Part shown: positions 13,350-26,490 of the stretch, in pieces | Numbering within the stretch: position 1 is the stretch's first letter | Layout of the letters: each line of letters opens with the position of its first letter | Translations under genes and position numbers: made by a program | Source of the DNA: Octopus sinensis | Taxonomy: Eukaryota | Assembly: GCF_006345805.1 (NCBI RefSeq) | Contig: NC_043007.1 | Span: forward strand, 15,748,001 to 15,812,000 | DNA length: 64,000 nt | Reading direction: 5' to 3' | The notes under the pieces: generated by a model | The model's database searches: none | What the model saw: only the letters and a program-made list of their open reading frames with translations | What the model was told of the DNA's origin: nothing

Positions 13350-14522
13350 GTGTATAATCGAAACACCTTAAAATTTCAAACAAATTTGTTTTAATATGGG
13401 GTAGGACCATCTTTACCAGTAATTATAGCTTGAATTCTATGAGGTATAGACTTGTACAAAGTTTGAATTTTTCCCAAAAAACAATTTTTGTCCATTCTTC
13501 AGCTAAAACAATCTCCAGTTCTTGTAGCGATTATGGTGGAGGATATCGACTCCTTACTTGTTTTTCTAAAATGCACCATAAATGTTCAATAATATTGAGA
13601 TCTGGGCCAGATAAGATGTTCAACTTCAGCTATGTTAATTGGTGCATTATCAGCCTGAAAGATTGCGTCCCGCCCCCCCCCCCCTCGGAAACAGTTCTGT
13701 AACCAAAGGATGTATTTGTTTGGATAAAATGCTTAAAAAGTCTTGAGTATTAATTCTACCATGAAGGGAAACCATTAGGTCGGCGGATTTCCAAGATAAC
13801 CTCCCCCCCAGATCATCACAGACCTCCCTCCATGTTTAATAGTTGGAAGAAGGAAGTGTGGGTCAAATGATTCTTCTGGCTGTCTCCACACGTATACTCG
13901 GCCGGTGATCGGAAATAAGGTAAAGGATGACTCATCCGAGAAAATAACATTCTTCCACTCCTCTAGGGACCAATTCTGTAGGTTTTCACTCCACTCTAAA
14001 CGCTTTGCAACATTTAATTTTGAAAGTAGTACTTTTCTGATTGCAGCCCTCCCATGAAATCTGGCTTTGTGCAGCCCCCGGCGAACAGTTTTTGTGGAAA
14101 CTTGGTTCGCGAGGTGGTCATTAAACTCTGCAGTAATTTTGGGAGCTGTACTTTTGTGATCCTTTCTAACAATTCGCGTAAGAGTCCGCAGGTCCTTATC
14201 TGAAAGTTTTGGTTTTCTTCCGGTGTTTTATTTCGACGAAGAGGTTTCTCAAAGACTGTAATTACATTCGAGACAGTACTTCTTGATACACCAAACATTT
14301 CGGCTGTTGTTTTCCTTACGATAGATCTGTCATTTTAATGAATTTTAATTACCTTTTTCTGATAATATCTGAAAAGAAACAGCAATTTTAGCAAAACATA
14401 TTAAGCAAAACTAATAATAAATCAAAAACCATAAAAATGAACAAGCTTTTGATTGTTTTATTGATATTTCAAAATTATGATGCTATGATGATAGTTGCTT
14501 CCATTATCTTGTCCAACTACTG
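13350..14522 (-). mobile_element. Tc1/mariner DNA transposon, decayed
   Basis: Right TIR TA|CAGTAGTTGGACAAGATAATGGAA at 14522; remnant ATAATCGAAACACC at left; internal transposase pseudogene; the TA target is expanded into (TA)n. Confidence 0.9.
13391..14333 (-). pseudogene. Tc1-family (DD34E-type) transposase, frameshifted
   Basis: Joining frames gives MFGVSRSTVS (HTH), ..WKNVIFSDESSFTLF.., KHGGRSVMIWG, PDLNIIEHLWCILEKQV, ..SIPHRIQAIITGKDGPTPY*. Confidence 0.92.
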
Positions 14523-14600
<78 letters not shown>

Positions 14601-14704
14601 CATATATATATATAAACATATATATATACATATATATATGTATGTGTATATACATATATATACACTCACACATCATTATTTATATATATATATATATATG
14701 TATG

Positions 14705-14848
14705 TGGTAAGTAGCTTGCTAACTAACCACATGGTTCCGGGTTCAGTTCCACTGCGTGGCATCTTGGGCAAGTGTCTTCTGCTATAGCCCCGGGCCGACC
14801 AAAGCCTTGTGAGTGGATTTGGTAGACGGAAACTGAAAGAAGCCTGTC

Positions 14849-14906
<58 letters not shown>

Positions 14907-15128
14907 GTTTGTGTGTCTGTGTTTGTCCCCCTAGCATTGCTTGACAACCGATGCTGGTGTGTTTACGTCCCCGTAACTTAGCGGTTCGGCAAAAGAGACC
15001 GATAGAATAAGTACTGGGCTTACAAAGAATAAGTCCCGGAGTCGATTTGCTCGACTAAAGGCGGTGCTCCAGCATGGCCGCAGTCAAATGACTGAAACAA
15101 GTAAAAGAGAGTAAAAGAGTAAAGAGTA
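14705..15128 (+). mobile_element. SINE family B (first bases lost in TA tract)
   Basis: Near-identical to 9384-9843. Confidence 0.95.
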
Positions 15129-15429
15129 TATATATATATATACATACATACATACATACATACATGCATACATACATACATACATGCATACATGCATATA
15201 TATGACTACAGGTTTAGTAAAGAAGCAGAAAAATAGTATTCAAAACATGAGTACATTTATTTTTAATCTCAAGAGTCGAGATTTATGTCCATGTAATTAA
15301 AAAGTCGCCACATTAGTCATTTTTTTGCAATTTCTGCCGATTAAATGATATACATGTGCGGGGTTGTTAGGTTCATGTGTGTATGTGTATGTTTGCGCGG
15401 GCGGGCGGGCGTTTGTGTGTGTATGTGTT

Positions 15430-15660
15430 TTGCAAGATTGGTGATGTGAAGTGGCGTGTTGAAACAGACATTGTTATATTTGGAGATGATCCTATTTTGC
15501 CACGTAAACACATGCACTAGTTAATTTATCTTCATTATAGCTTTATTACTATTACCTTTGTATTTTTGTTTTGTTTCTGCTTCAAAAATAATGATAAATT
15601 TGAAGTATATCCCAAAAATATAGTGCGTGTGTTTAAATGGGCAAAAACACGTCCATCCCG
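15430..15660 (+). repeat. Unclassified interspersed repeat (second copy at 26550-26760), abutting (TA)n
   Basis: Shared blocks TGCAAGATT..ATGTGAAGT..GTGTTGAAACAGA(C/T)ATTGTTA and AAATATAGTGCGTGTGTTT. Confidence 0.6.
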
Positions 15661-15691
15661 ATATATATATGTATATATATATGTATATATA

Positions 15692-15774
<83 letters not shown>

Positions 15775-15793
15775 GATATATATATATATATAT

Positions 15794-15841
<48 letters not shown>

Positions 15842-15930
15842 CCCTCCTTCTTTCCTGAGCGTCCAACAATACTATATTTGTTCCACGTCCTCGCGTTGTT
15901 GTGTTTTTTTGTGCCTTCTTGTTTGGATTA

Positions 15931-15974
<44 letters not shown>

Positions 15975-17519
15975 TACATATAACATAGATGTGTATATAT
16001 ATATATATATACATACATATAGCATACATCTATGTTATATGCATATTTATATATTTATAAATATATATATATATATATGCTTAAAAGAAGTTAATTATAT
16101 GGCCGGTGACCAATGGTTTCGCATCCATGCACCGCTTAGCCTTATATGCGAAACTGTTGGTCACTCTATGACCGGCAAAATGATAAATTTTCTGTAAATA
16201 TTTTACTGCTCTAACATTTAGAGTGTGCTTTTTTATCATATATATGATCCACTATCGATACATGTGTGTGCGTGTGTGTGTGTGTGTGCGTGTGTGTGTG
16301 TGTGTGGTGTGTGTGTGTGTGTGTGTGTGTGTTTGTGCGTATGTTTGTGTGTGTGTATGCATATGTATATGTATACGAAACACACACAGTCTGGAGCCCT
16401 GTTGTCAAGTTTATTCAAATCTGTAGTACACTTATAAACATGGAAGTTATTCACTGTTTCTTCATAACAACAGTTTGCTATGAGAATATCATGTATGTAC
16501 TCTTGTTAAATCGTGCAAATATAGTCTTTGCATAATCTGACAAAGCAAAAATTATATCCAATATCTGTCTTGGTTACGATATTAATATTTAGATACTCCT
16601 GCATGTTGATCGTACTAATGTTTTGATATTTCTAATATGCGTATATTAAATATTAAATATCGCTGTCTAGGAGCTAACGGAACGAAAATTTCATTACATT
16701 TCTTCTTCATTACATTTCAAGCTGTGAGCAATGCAAATATTTTGTAAAATGAATGAATGTATTACCATATTTACGCATATATGGAACAACTAGTTTTCGA
16801 CAATTACTAGAATCTGTACAAAAGTAGCGATATAACATATGAGTCATACAATCCTTAACTTTATTAAATATCTCCTGTTGTGTTATCTTCGCTGATATCT
16901 TGTGTTATCTTCTCGATATCTTAGCCACTTAGCGGGTTTCGTATGTTACACTGCACTCTTAGTAAGTTTGCGATATCATTAAAGGTCTTACTTCTTTCTT
17001 GTCATACGCATTTCCATTTCTGATTCTCATAAAACTACAAAGAATCATTTGTGGCCGTAGATTCTTTTCATCTTTAATTTCGTCATTTTCGTCTTTGTGT
17101 AATTTACTTACCTTTTATGTCTATAATATTCTACTACGAAGTTTACAGAACGCGTTTTGAAATATTAATTCTGTGTATTTCTACTGCTTCCTTGACTATA
17201 AGACATAATTGTTGGAAATAACTAATGATGGACAGTATAAGAATATATGAAAGGTTAAAAGGAGACACGCTGTGTTTCTGTTTTTTTTTTTTTTTTGTTT
17301 TTTCACGTTTTGTATCTTCATTTCAGATAAAGAATCGATACGGAGTTGTAGTGGATGTTGACTTAGCTCGTACACCCTCACTAAGCGGAAGCAAAATAGT
17401 TCAAACCAGCAGTGCAACAGTACTGAGTGAAAGTAAAGCAGTACTATGTGAATGCACAATGACTCTAATCGAAGCTACTACGGTACTACGTAAATGAACC
17501 AACAATTATACGAAGTGAA

Positions 17520-17585
<66 letters not shown>

Positions 17586-17832
17586 GTGCTCATGGGAACT
17601 GCTCATATCCTACGCAAAATACTCTCTATGTAATCCCAAGGTTTAAAACAAACTTTTATTTATTTATTTATTTATTTTTTATTTTTTTTATTTTTATGTA
17701 TTAGACATTCACTAGTACAACACCAAAAAAAACCCAAATATATGGCACAGAACTTCCAACCTGTTGTCTCTTGAGGTCTCTGGGTGAGACTTGGAGCCAA
17801 CTTGTACAGACATAAAGCAAAAGTCAAACATA

Positions 17833-17833
<1 letters not shown>
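17586..17833 (+). mobile_element. R4/Dong-clade LINE, extreme 5' truncation, inside (AAT)n
   Basis: 17586-17633 encodes VLMGTAHILRKILSM*, homologous to IVLTGTAHVLRRALSL* of the 50 kb copies; the 3' UTR runs directly into (AAT)n, and (AAT)n also lies upstream (17521-17584). Confidence 0.8.
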
Positions 17834-17898
<65 letters not shown>

Positions 17899-17901
<3 letters not shown>

Positions 17902-18120
17902 AATTATTCTTTACAGTGCTCGGGTGCACCACAACTTGTCAAAAGTTCATATAAAGCATATGCAGTAATGTACAAATGTCTGGGGAGTGAACAGTGTATG
18001 AGTCAGATACATGCTTGCATGTGTATGGAGGGGAGAAAATCAGGTGTAGTGTTGGCGAATCTCAGGAAGCATGGAAGTTTTGAAGGATGCAGTGCTCCGA
18101 CAACTAACAACTAACAACTA
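17899..18120 (-). mobile_element. CR1/L2-type LINE 3' end with (ATT)n tail
   Basis: Minus strand reads QLVVSCRSTASFKTSMLPEIRQHYT* (stop at 18040-18042), like the CR1 C-terminal VVxAxSxxSFK motif; a UTR of about 140 nt precedes ATTATT.. . Confidence 0.6.
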
Positions 18121-18309
18121 AATACGAATGTGCAACCGTAATGAGTAAACGCACAGTAATACTAAGTAAATTTACAGCAGTACTAAATGAACCTAATGGA
18201 TTAGCATCAATTCAAACGAAGAGTTTTCAGCCATTCAGTCATACTGAGCGGTCTGTTCGTTCAATTAATGCGTATGCAGCTGAATATTCCACAGGTATAT
18301 GTACTCTTA

Positions 18310-18712
18310 ATATAATGTAATCTTAATCTTAATAATCTTAATCTCAATAATCTTACTAATCTTAATAATCTTAATAATCTTAATACTCTTAATCTTAATA
18401 ATAATAATCTTAATAATCTTAATAATCTTAATCTTAATAATCTTAATCTTAATAATCTTAATCTTAACAATCTTAATCGTAATAATCTTAATCTTAATAA
18501 TATTAGTACTCTTAATAATCTTAATAATAATAATCTTAATAATCTTAGTACTCTTAATAATCTTAATCTTAATAATCTTAATAATCTTAATCTTAATAAT
18601 CTTAGTACTCTTAATAATCTTAATCTTAATAATCTTAATAATCTTAATCTTAATCTTAATAATCTTAATCTTAATACTCTTAATCTTGATACTCTTAATC
18701 TTAATACTTTTA
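18310..18712 (+). repeat. Compound (AATCTT)/(AATAATCTT)/(AGTACTCTT) minisatellite
   Basis: Read directly; it produces the low-complexity LRLL and IKII ORFs. Confidence 0.95.
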
Positions 18713-18790
18713 ATGTAATCCTCAATTAGAATTAGCTTGTTGCACGTGAGAAAAACTGATTTATAAATTACACGTACAATCCATCCATGT

Positions 18791-19030
18791 GAAGGCCTGT
18801 GGCTTTGTGGATAGGGTGTTGCCTTCATGATCTTAGGAACATGGTTTCGAATTCTGGGCTCGGTGTTGCATTACGTTCTTGAGTAAAAGACCTCATTTCA
18901 CTTAGCTCCAATCCACTCATTTGTAAATAAGCTCCAGCAATCCAGTGGTTGGGACAGTGTAGTCATCTCTGTCACTTACACGTTATGGAAACCAGGTAAT
19001 GTCTTATGAGTCCTAAGGCTCCTGACAGGG
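18791..19030 (+). mobile_element. SINE family D, degenerate
   Basis: GAAGGCCTGTGGCTTTGTGG head, GTTCTTGAGTAAAAGAC..GCTCCAATCCACTCA block and GGAAACCAGG tail match the reverse complement of 59565-59800. Confidence 0.65.
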
Positions 19031-20168
19031 ATAGAGGATAAGTTGATTACATCGATCCCCGTGATCGACCGGTAATTAGTCGCCCCTGGACGGATAAAAT
19101 ATGACGCCGGAGAAATTTAAACTTCATAACATAAAGACGGACGAAAGACCGCTAGGTATTTTAGTAGGCGTGCTAACGCTTCTGTCAGCTCGTCACCTTA
19201 AGTACGGACGTTATAGTACTAATTAATTGATGCTGTATTATAGCCGATAGCATAAGACAACGGCGCTACGGTGTGTGAACCTCAACCGAACACGTCCATA
19301 CTACTGAGTCCCATTATTATGTAGAATTAAAGAAATTTTTGCCATGATATGTGGAAAATTTAGTCGGTTTACACAGTGTACACTTCTTAGTTGAAATACC
19401 TTTTGCTTGTTCTGCAATTAAACTATTTTCTCTTTCGAATCTACCAGGCCTAATTCTCGTTAAAAGAAGTCTTGGGAGGTACGCTAACTATCGACATATG
19501 TACAATTAGCTCTAGGAATATTTGTTTTGGTATGGTTCGGTTTGGTTCGGTAAAGTTAGAATAAGCAGCTATGTTCATAGATCAATAGAAAATACGTATA
19601 TGCATGTCAGGTTGTCGGTATTAACAATTGCAGAACGCTATTAGTAAACAAGCTACAATTTACTAATCAGGATGTGAAATTGGCAAACATGAAAAGATGA
19701 AAAGACGAGGGAAAAAAATAAAAGGAAAGACAAGAGAGAAAAAGGCAAAGAGAAATAGTGAGAGATTGAGGCAGAGGGAGAGAGGAAGAGACGAAGAGAG
19801 GGAGGGAAGGAGAGAGTAATCTGTCTGTCACTTTCTATGAATTTCACTTGTTACATTAAATTTGTGTATTGTTTCGCTTTGTTAATTCAATGTCTATTTA
19901 TTTGGAGTACAATCACTATAATTTGGCTTCACTGCAGCAGATGGTAATTGGGGTAAATATCTCAGAAAGCAGTCCAGATTCATTCATATGTGTACCATTC
20001 CTGTGTATATGTATGTGTATGAATGTATGGACACAGCGATACATTAAATATATACATACATACATACATACATATATACATACATACAGAAATACAAACA
20101 TACATTTCATATATTTATTTACATATACTTTTATGCGTGCGTGCATGCGTGCGTGTCTGTGTGTATGT

Positions 20169-20229
<61 letters not shown>

Positions 20230-20519
20230 GTGTGTGTGTGCGTGCGTGCGTGCCTGTGTGCACTGGAATTATAGCCGCCTGCAAATTCCCAACAATCTGA
20301 AAATTCTCTCACTGAAAGCCTCAATTTGCTCCCATGAACCATCTCGATATTGAAATAGTGAAGAACGCGCAAAAATATTATGGAATGACCATTCTTATTG
20401 GGTCATTCAGGAGGGAGACACACTACTCAAAGCTTCCACGTTGAGTTACTACTGTGCTGAAGAAGGTGACCGATTGGGATTGTTACTCTCTGAACACTCC
20501 CAGAACAGAAACTTCAACA

Positions 20520-21290
20520 TGTAGATTTGTACAGAGCTGGATGACAGAATGACAGTTTAACACACTATTAATGGCCATAGAAGAGACATGATAGAAATAT
20601 TCAAAGATTGCAGCTTTAATTTATCTCCACGTATTCGACAACTAATGTCTTAGATATCGGTCTATATCTTAAGACTCGTAAGTACTGTTCCTATATAAAT
20701 TAATGAATGAGACAGAATATATTTATAAAATCTCCAATACCCACCGGCTTTAATTAGGAAGCTAGTAGTAGACAGAAGGAGAGCTTCTTATTTATTCCCC
20801 ATAACTGGGTATAGCATTTGTGAGCGCCTAGTCAATATTGAGATGCAGCCCTTACACATCGGTTTCTAGGAGAATCAGGAAGCGGGAAAGCGTGTATTTC
20901 TAAAAAAAAAACTTGCCTACCTTAAAATCCTACATCAGTTCAACGAATAAACAACTCAAAGTTTTTCTTGTACATAATATTAAAGCTACATATTTCTGCC
21001 TAGATGATATCACATCTGTCATAACATGTTTCAATCGCAAACGTATATTTGTACCGCTTAAACTCTCCTTGCAAATTCCGATATGTGCCCTATCCATCAA
21101 ACAGTATGCAGAAAAAGTATACAAGGCTTATAGCAAGCGAGTTCAAAGAGCAGTATCTGCAACATCGGCACATCTTAAATCCAGGGTCAGGAGAGTTCCA
21201 CTTTTTTGTCATCGAAAAATTTCAAGACGGCAAATGCTGTAACATTTCTCGCTACCTTAAACCAATCTCTATAGTAATATAATGATTTTA
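20520..21290 (+). mobile_element. Penelope-like element (PLE) fragment: decayed RT C-half, linker and GIY-YIG endonuclease
   Basis: Across frameshifts: LYR(AG)~LYRDDG; RRDMIEIFKDCSFNL..NVLDIGLYLKTRKYCSYI; KVFLVHNIKATYFCLDDITSVITCFNRK (like KIFNxNTxKxSYSCMxNIxxIISxHNK); KYTRLIASEFKEQYLQHRH (like YIGLTxxEFKxRYxNH). Motifs recalled from PLE families, not searched. Confidence 0.72.
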
Positions 21291-21425
21291 TATCTTTGTG
21301 TTTCTGCAGAACCTATACATCTTGTTCTACTGTCATTTTGAGGACCCATTAGTATTGATTTCAAGCATAGACACAAGGTCTCATAATGGTTAGTGAACTA
21401 TAGCAAATTGTGTTTATACCTAGTA

Positions 21426-21817
21426 CTAGCAGTATCACCCGGCGTTGCTCGGGTTTGTTTTGACCCTTTAGAACTGAAATTTTTGAAAAGTGAAATTTTT
21501 GCATTATGTAGCTTGTTATTCTCTTTAAGTGAACATTTTCCTTATTGAAATACACCGAAAAATGGCGACACGGCAGTCAAAAAATCGTAAAAAATAGGGA
21601 TTTTCATAGAAAAGAAGCACCTTTTTGATGTAAATAATTTTTGGTGTTAACATGGTCCGATTTGAATGTTTTCTTCTACGGAAGGAAGAGCAAGCCTTCT
21701 TCTATCATACTCTCAATTTTGGTCAACTTGCGTCTCAGGGTCTCAGAGGAGATAGTGTTAGTTGAAGGCTACCAAACCTGCCATACACAAACAACTTCAG
21801 CTTTATATATAGAGAGA
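21426..21817 (-). mobile_element. Non-autonomous Helitron
   Basis: Minus strand begins TC(TCTCTATATATAAAG) and ends CTAG, with hairpin CCCGAGCAACGCCGGG just upstream; inserted between A and T. Confidence 0.8.
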
Positions 21818-22569
21818 TTTCACTGACACATACAGAACTATATGACACATACTCCGTCAGTTACCTTCTCCCAGGAGACCTTGATTGGATTCGGGTTCAA
21901 AAGTAACAAGCAAAATATTGAATAACTCACACTGTATTCATATATGTTTCTGTTTCGTATGGACAAAGATCATAAATGTAAATGAAGAGGAAAGGAGTGA
22001 GTTGGATTGACGCAAGTACATAACTGGAACTTATTTAATCAACCAAAGCGGAATGAAAGGCAACGTCGATGCAGATAGTGAAAGGTAAATGAAATAAATA
22101 ATAATAAATTATTTCGGGTTTATAAAGAACGGTGGATTACCTGAATCATTAGAGCGACGGAAAATGCCTCGCAGGATTGGTTCAGATTGTTATGTTCTGA
22201 ATTCAAAACTCATCGCAATCAGCTTTACTTTACATCCAACTGCGGTCGATAGAATAAAGTATTAATCAAGTACTAGGGTCGATTTAATCGACAATCCTCT
22301 CACCTGAATTTTCTAGCCTTGTGCCAATGTTATAAGATATGGTTAGAGTGGTTAGAGTATATCTAACCTCTATATTATATATATATTATAACATGATGGA
22401 TATATTATATTTAACCACTACGTTAGCATTCAGTCAGCAAAAGTTATGGGTGTCTTGTTTGTGCAGCAAAAAAAATATTGAAGGAGCGAAAATAATGCGT
22501 TGAAGAACCTGACCAAGATGCTTGTTTGGTAACTCTTGTTCAATGTTTAAGGTGTCCATCTATATGTTT

Positions 22570-22803
22570 CTTATTTCTTTACTACCCAGAAGGGGCTACA
22601 CAGAGGGGACAAACAAGGACGGACAAACGGATTAAGTCGATTATATCGACCCCAGTGTATAACTGGTACTTAATTTTATCGAACCCGAAAGGATGAAAGG
22701 CAAAGTCGACCTCGGCGGAATTTGAACTCAGAACGTAACGGCAGACGAAATACGACTACGCTTTTCGCCCGGCGTGCTAACGTTTCTGCCAGCCGGCCGC
22801 CTT
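22570..22803 (-). mobile_element. SINE family A, full length
   Basis: Reverse complement of the family-A sequence. Confidence 0.95.
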
Positions 22804-23837
22804 AATTTCTACGACCTTTCACCTAAAATAGAAACATACTGTATGTGCTTACAGTTTTTGATATAGTCTAATACTGTTGAATCTCTTGCATAGATATCGA
22901 ACTAAGCTTTGTATTACTTGGCTTTTGTTTATCTGGTCACACAGAAAGGAGTCATATGTACAGTCACTACAAAATATCGGTTTTCTTTTGCTAAACCTAT
23001 TCCATATATTTCCATGAGACACGTAAACTAGATTTAGGGATATTTATTTCTTAAATTGAATTAGTGATTTAGTAAGAAAAGGTGATTGTCTTCAACACTA
23101 AATTGCAAACGGCTAGCAGATTCTCTTCTTTATCAGGTTAACGTCTGTTCCTCAATTCTCGCCACAATCTAAAAAAAAAACAAAACAAAAAAGGAAAGCA
23201 AAAGACAGAATTTCAAATATAACAATCCTGTTATTATCAATGGCGATTCAAACTTCAAAGTTTTCAATATGTATAGAAACTAATTTGTTTTCTACAGAAA
23301 GTATTTGCGCTGAACAATGCAATAAAAAAAAACCAATATAACATAATCTATAAGTCAAGTTATTGCTGTCTTTTCTCTCACTATTTTTAGACCCATTCTC
23401 TTCTTGAAACATCTTTTACACATACACACACACACACCGGTACATATACACACATATTAGGAAGAATACATTTAGTCATGTGAACAGCAAGCATTTTACT
23501 ACAACCAACATTACCTCCGTAGTAACCAGTGATTGAATTTTATATCCCCATAAATTATTTTGTGCAGCGAAGACATATTCCGTCACCTGATCGATAAGCA
23601 ACAAATTCATACACGCTACGTATTGATTATTTTTGCTTGTTACTAACTACCTTGCATTTTCGGGAAATGAAAATTGGATAATGTGAGTCTTATTCACTTT
23701 TAAGGGATTTAGAGACGTAACTATAATAGTTTCCAGTAGATGTCTCTATAACGTACTCCAAAATTCTAGGCAGATTGAAACAGATTTCATCCTCAAAATT
23801 TTTTGCTGTCTGTTTATGTTAAATATTAAATATTCTA

Positions 23838-24236
23838 GGATTAGGAGTGGTTGAGTGGTCAGTAGCTTGCTTACGAACCACATGGTTCCGGGTCCATTCA
23901 CACTGCGTGGCACCTTCGGCAAGTGTCTTCTACTATAGACTCGGGCCGACCAAAGCCTTGTGAGGGGATTTGGTAGACGGAAACTGAAAAGAGGCCCGTC
24001 GTATATATGTGTATATGTGTGTGTGTGTGTCTGTATCTGTGTTTGCCCCCCCCCCAAAAAAAAAAAAACATCGCTTGACAACCGATGCTGGTGTGTTTAC
24101 GTCCGCGTTCGGCAAAAGAGGTTGATAGAATAAGTACTAGGCTTACAAAGAATAAGTCCTGGGGTCGGTTTGCTCGACTAAAGGCGGTGCTCCAGCATGG
24201 CTACAGTCAAATGACTGAAACAAAGTAAAAGAGTAA
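23838..24236 (+). mobile_element. SINE family B
   Basis: Family-B head, core and tail. Confidence 0.92.
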
Positions 24237-24715
24237 CTATCGAACGGGCATGGAAAGTGGAAAAGAGACGAAAAAAATCCTATCGATATTAACAACCCTT
24301 TAGGTTCAGAGTTCAAAACCCACCGAGGTTAGCTTGTGTCTGTGTGTGCACAAGGAATACAATAAAGTACTGATGTCGATATGATCGATTATAACCATTC
24401 TCCGAGGTTTTAGTCCCTCTACCTATTTATTGATATTCAGCTATACCCATTATAGATTTTTTTATTCTGATTCCAAACATCGCCATCATCGATTTTTTCG
24501 TTTTTCTTTAATTTCCAGCCAGCGTTGATAAAACAAGTACCAATCATGAACTGGAATCAATACAGTGAAATTTACTCCAGCCCTTAAAATAAGTAACCTT
24601 GTGTGTAATGGTAGAAATCATGCTGAAAAAAGTAAGTCATTTGAAAACTGTAGTGTTGGTATCAAATGGCCTATAAATTCCTTTTCCTCTCACTTAAACG
24701 TATATGTATACACAC

Positions 24716-24797
<82 letters not shown>

Positions 24798-24839
24798 TAT
24801 ATATATACAATATATATACATACATACATATATATACAC

Positions 24840-25070
24840 AAGGCGGCGAGCTGGAACAAACGTTAGCACGCCGGGTGAAATGCATAGCCGTATTTCATCT
24901 ATCGTTACGTTCCGAGTTCAAATTCCGCCGAGGTCGTCTTTGCCTTTCATCCTTTCGGGGTCGATAAATTAAGTACCAGTTACGCACTGGGGTCGATATA
25001 ATCGACTTAATCCGTTTGTCTGTCCTTGCTTGTCCCCTCTCTGCTTAGCCCCTTGTGGGTAGTAAAGAAG
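24840..25070 (+). mobile_element. SINE family A
   Basis: AAGGCGGCGAGCTGG..GTAGTAAAGAA. Confidence 0.95.
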
Positions 25071-25075
25071 AAAAA

Positions 25076-25113
<38 letters not shown>

Positions 25114-25164
25114 CAATCTATTAGTATGTTAATGTTTACTTGAGACCAAAGTACATACACAAAG

Positions 25165-25560
25165 ATTCTTGACATCATCCAGAGTAGGACCACTCCACTC
25201 ACTGGCATTCTCTTCACTAACGGAAATGCCCAAGCTTCTGGACTAAAGGCGCACTGTCTATTCTCTTTCTGTCTGTTCCATGATTACTATAATGATTTCG
25301 GAAACTTCATTGGACTCGTAACTCAGTCTTCAAACAACAACAACCCTGTTCTCTTCCCACCTTTCGTCACACTCGTTACGTCCTTCCCCCACCTGATCCC
25401 ATACTAAGCAATATGTCCTGCTTTCTCCCCAGAACTTCGGCCCAGAACACTTTAGTGCGAGTGTTTATCTGCGCCTATTCAAACGAAATATGACCCGCAT
25501 CACGCTCATTGGTCAACGAGGGCTTGCAAGAATCATAGGCATTGCTCTTTCCTTCAGGTT
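25165..25560 (+). mobile_element. Possible highly decayed second PLE RT C-terminal fragment
   Basis: Only faint, frameshift-dependent resemblance to 'SIPFSQLLRLRRICS' (CAAGCTTCTGGACTAAAGGCGCACTGT) and 'DP.L....N.LVR' motifs. Confidence 0.3.
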
Positions 25561-25619
25561 TAGCAACTAAACTTACATACACACAAACACGCGTACACAC
25601 ATATACATATATACGCATG

Positions 25620-25800
25620 TATGCATGCATTCATACATACATACATACATACATACATACATACATACATACATACATACATACATGCATGCATACATAC
25701 ATACATACATACATACATACATACATACATACATACATACATACATACATACATACATACAGGCAGACGTACATACATACATACATACATACATACATAC
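25620..25800 (+). repeat. (TACA)n microsatellite
   Basis: Read directly. Confidence 0.97.
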
Positions 25801-26035
25801 TGTTATATCGCACGTTCGGATGACCTCTACTCAACTCTTCGACGTCTAGACTTCTCCCTCTATATCTGACTCTGAGTCAGATCCTGGCTGCTATTTTCAG
25901 CATGGCGGTATCTCGTAGATACCCTAAGTTATAATTTTAAAATAATTATTACTTTTGAATGTTTTTATTTCCATGCTGGCCACTTCAGAAGATCGTTATC
26001 TAATTTAAATTAACGATCTTATCCTTATTTATATG

Positions 26036-26081
<46 letters not shown>

Positions 26082-26171
26082 AAAATTAAGGGTAAAAATT
26101 GATGTTAGTCAATTAAAACCAGTGGTCTAGCACATTAAAAAGAATCCGAAGATTAAAATATTTATATATAC

Positions 26172-26411
26172 CAATTAAGGACTGAACACGAAAAGGTGGA
26201 CAGTCAACATGCTATATATAGACGTCAAATCGCCATTCTCCACAAAGATTTTGTTCTCAAATAAAAATAAAATAAAAATAAAAATAAAAATAATAATATT
26301 TAAAAAAAATAAAAATATTTTATTTGAGAACAAAATCTTTGTGGAGAATGGCGATTTGACGTCTATATCTAGCATGTGACTGTCCACCTTTTCGTGTTCA
26401 GTCCTTAATTG
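26172..26411. repeat. Foldback with arms of about 90 bp around an (AAAAT)n centre, flanked by (TA)n
   Basis: CAATTAAGGACTGAACACGAAAAGGTGGACAGTC..GTTCTCAAATAAAA and its reverse complement. Confidence 0.9.
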
Positions 26412-26435
26412 TATATATATATATATATATATATA

Positions 26436-26490
<55 letters not shown>

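Noticed and set aside
18261-18828. 154-aa and 173-aa LRLL/IKII ORFs resembling leucine-rich or amphipathic peptides
   Set aside because: Stop-free only because of the AATCTT minisatellite.
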